DNA of 64,000 nt from Amoebophrya sp. A120 (Eukaryota > Protista > Dinoflagellata). The position numbers were made by a program, and so were the translations under genes. The DNA lies in assembly GCA_905178155.1 (NCBI GenBank), contig CAJINV010000016.1, positions 186,001 through 250,000 on the forward strand. Reading direction: 5' to 3'. Shown here in pieces: positions 62,199-64,000 of the stretch. Positions within the stretch are counted from its first letter, which is position 1, and the number at the start of each line of letters is the position of its first letter. The notes beneath the pieces were generated by a model. That model saw nothing but the letters and a program-made list of their open reading frames with translations. It had not been told where the DNA came from and did no database searches.

Positions 62199-63133
62199 TT
62201 AAAGCGGCCGGTGTCCATCGCCCCTCGAAACAACTTGACGAGATGATATTCCAGCATCTCGGGACCGTTTTTTCCCGCTTCGCGCGAGGGGTTTCATGGC
62301 CGCGGACTCGTTGGGCCACCGATTGCTCGGATGCAGGGGGGACGTTTCGTCCTGCACAAATGTCTTGGGTAGATGATGATCTAACCCTTTCAGGCGGCCT
62401 CGTAGAAATTTACAACTTTTCGCCAGACTCTCGAAGATGGCAGGATTGGTTTTGCGGATCGCTCCTGCGATTTCGCTTTCGGAAGGGGGGTCTCCTGGTG
62501 GTGAAACCAACTTCTCCCTGTACGAGTCGAAAGCGTTGATCGCGTCTTCAGCCTCGCTGATAGCTTTTTTAAGCTCTTCTTCAGCAAGCTCGCATTGAGT
62601 TTTTTGAGCATCAGTTAAACTTTGGCTCCCCTCGCGCGCTGCTTCAATAGAGTCTTTCACGTTTATCGCTTGCGCCTTGAGGTCGCGAACATGAACCAGA
62701 AGGGCATATTCCGCGGTCAGAATCTCCGACTGCAGTTTTTTTTGAGCCGATTTGAACTCCTCCATGGCACCTCTAAGCTTTTTGTCTGCTTCGGCCAAAT
62801 AACGAGCGAAAAATTGGTCCTGCGTAAGCACATCATCTCGCTTTTCATCTGATTCAAAAGAAAATTTGTCAGTCTGCAGCACGTTGATAAGCAATTGAGC
62901 TTCCACGAGGTCTTCTTTCGCAGCATCAGCATTCGGAGTGGTCGAGCTAGCCTGATGTGTCGGGCCTGGGTCAGGTCGGTCAACAGCACCTCCAAGCCTG
63001 TCAATAAATTCAATTTAATGATGTCCCAGGCATCCTCGCAAAGCCGAGGTTCGCAGACGGTCAAACGGGCTGCGGCTGCGCCAAGACAATGCAGAAATCC
63101 GAAAATGACGCGAATTAGCCAGATTGGTGCCAA
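62199..63133 (-). CDS. Putative coiled-coil protein, possibly with a signal peptide; exon structure unresolved
   Basis: ORF 62199-62906 is heptad-like (EADKKLRGAMEEFKSAQKKLQSEIL). The upstream signal-like MAPIWLIRVIFGFLHCLGAAAA is in another frame, so an intron or frameshift is needed. Confidence 0.4.
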
Positions 63134-63449
63134 GGGATGGCTTGTCTGTTACACGAGCGTACATGTGCGCATCCGCAAAGGACCTGCTTCGATTGTCATG
63201 CACAATACAAATGTTGCGCTGCTTGTTATCCTTGTGTTTGTAAAACTAGGTGCCGAATGCCCCCAATCGCATTAACATCTGGCACAGCATAGAAAAGAAA
63301 CAAAAGGCATGCTTCTGCACCGTGCTCAAGCTCCTGTTGCCGCAGACAAGAATAGGACGCAACCCCTAGAATGGCTTCGCTGCGATCATGTAGACTTACC
63401 AGTACGCTGCCGCGCGAATGGGGTCTATGACTCTCCGGTAAAGCTGCAA

Positions 63450-63570
63450 ACCAGGGACCCTGGGACCAGGGACCCTGGGACCAGGGACCCTGGCCTGCGA
63501 ACCAGGGACCATTGGACCCGGGAACCCCCCGGACCGAGGACCTACGGGCCAGGAACCCTACGGACCAGGT
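63450..63570. repeat. Tandem 15-mer ACCAGGGACCCTGGG (3 copies, then degenerate); each unit self-complementary
   Basis: accagggaccctggg accagggaccctggg accagggaccctggc...; opens a GC-rich island that runs to the window end. Confidence 0.75.
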
Positions 63571-64000
63571 GCGTACTCCGGGAGCCGGGTGCTTGCCCTG
63601 GCTGTGAGCCGGGGGGCCGGTGCTCCGGAGTTTCGCGTGAGGCAGCCAGTCCGGCCTGCCGCCAAAAGGCCAGGCCGGGCGTCAGACGGACAGGCCGAGC
63701 GCAAGACGGCCACACAACATGGCACCAGACGGCCAGAGCGGGCGCCTGTCAGGAGCGAGGCTAGACTGACGGCCCCGGCGCCAGGCGGCCAGACCTGGCG
63801 CCGCACGGCCACACCGGGCGTCAGACGGCCAATGCCAAACTGGGCGTCCTCGGGCGGTTAGATAAAACTGGCGCCAGCCGGCCGGAGGGAGTGCGCGTCA
63901 GGCGGGCAGACCTGGCGCCAAGTGGCCGGGCGGAGTGCGCTGCGGGCGGCCGGAGTCCGCGTCAGGCGCGGTTGCTGGAAGCCCGGTTCGTAGGGCCCTG

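Noticed and set aside
1-64000. tRNA, rRNA or dinoflagellate spliced-leader relic (CCGTAGCCATTTTGGCTCAAG)
   Set aside because: None seen by eye on either strand; a covariance-model or motif search is needed to exclude degenerate copies.

Overview
Eukaryotic, gene-dense DNA with all credible genes (about 9) on the minus strand. The dominant feature is about 54 short (about 110-590 bp, mostly 110-360 bp) MITE-like elements in at least 10 terminal-inverted-repeat (TIR) families. They read TAT...ATA, are flanked by a 5-bp direct repeat (DR), and nearly all sit inside coding exons. At every coding junction I traced by hand, removing the element plus 5 nt (or, in two decayed cases, a GT-AG intron spanning the element) rejoins the flanking ORFs in frame, so they behave as mostly non-GT-AG introns (introners). 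A few ordinary GT-AG introns coexist with them. This architecture matches what I recall being described for the parasitic dinoflagellate Amoebophrya (Syndiniales); the taxon is an inference. Reconstructed genes: a low-complexity protein, an EGF-like/TSP1/PAN adhesin, a pentameric ligand-gated ion channel, a 1945-aa intronless membrane protein, a hidden 94-aa CaaX protein, a PTRHD1/PTH2-like hydrolase, a helical-repeat (RAP/HPR-like) protein, a roughly 3600-aa protein with 24 introners, and a weak coiled-coil gene. Most interesting: orientation-independent excision, a transcribed-strand G bias before the element, a +2/+5 nt in-frame route to GT-AG introns, an internal motif shared across families, and a duplicated exon whose copies carry different elements 4 bp apart. 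All coordinates and counts were made by eye, and splicing is inferred from reading frame, not from RNA.
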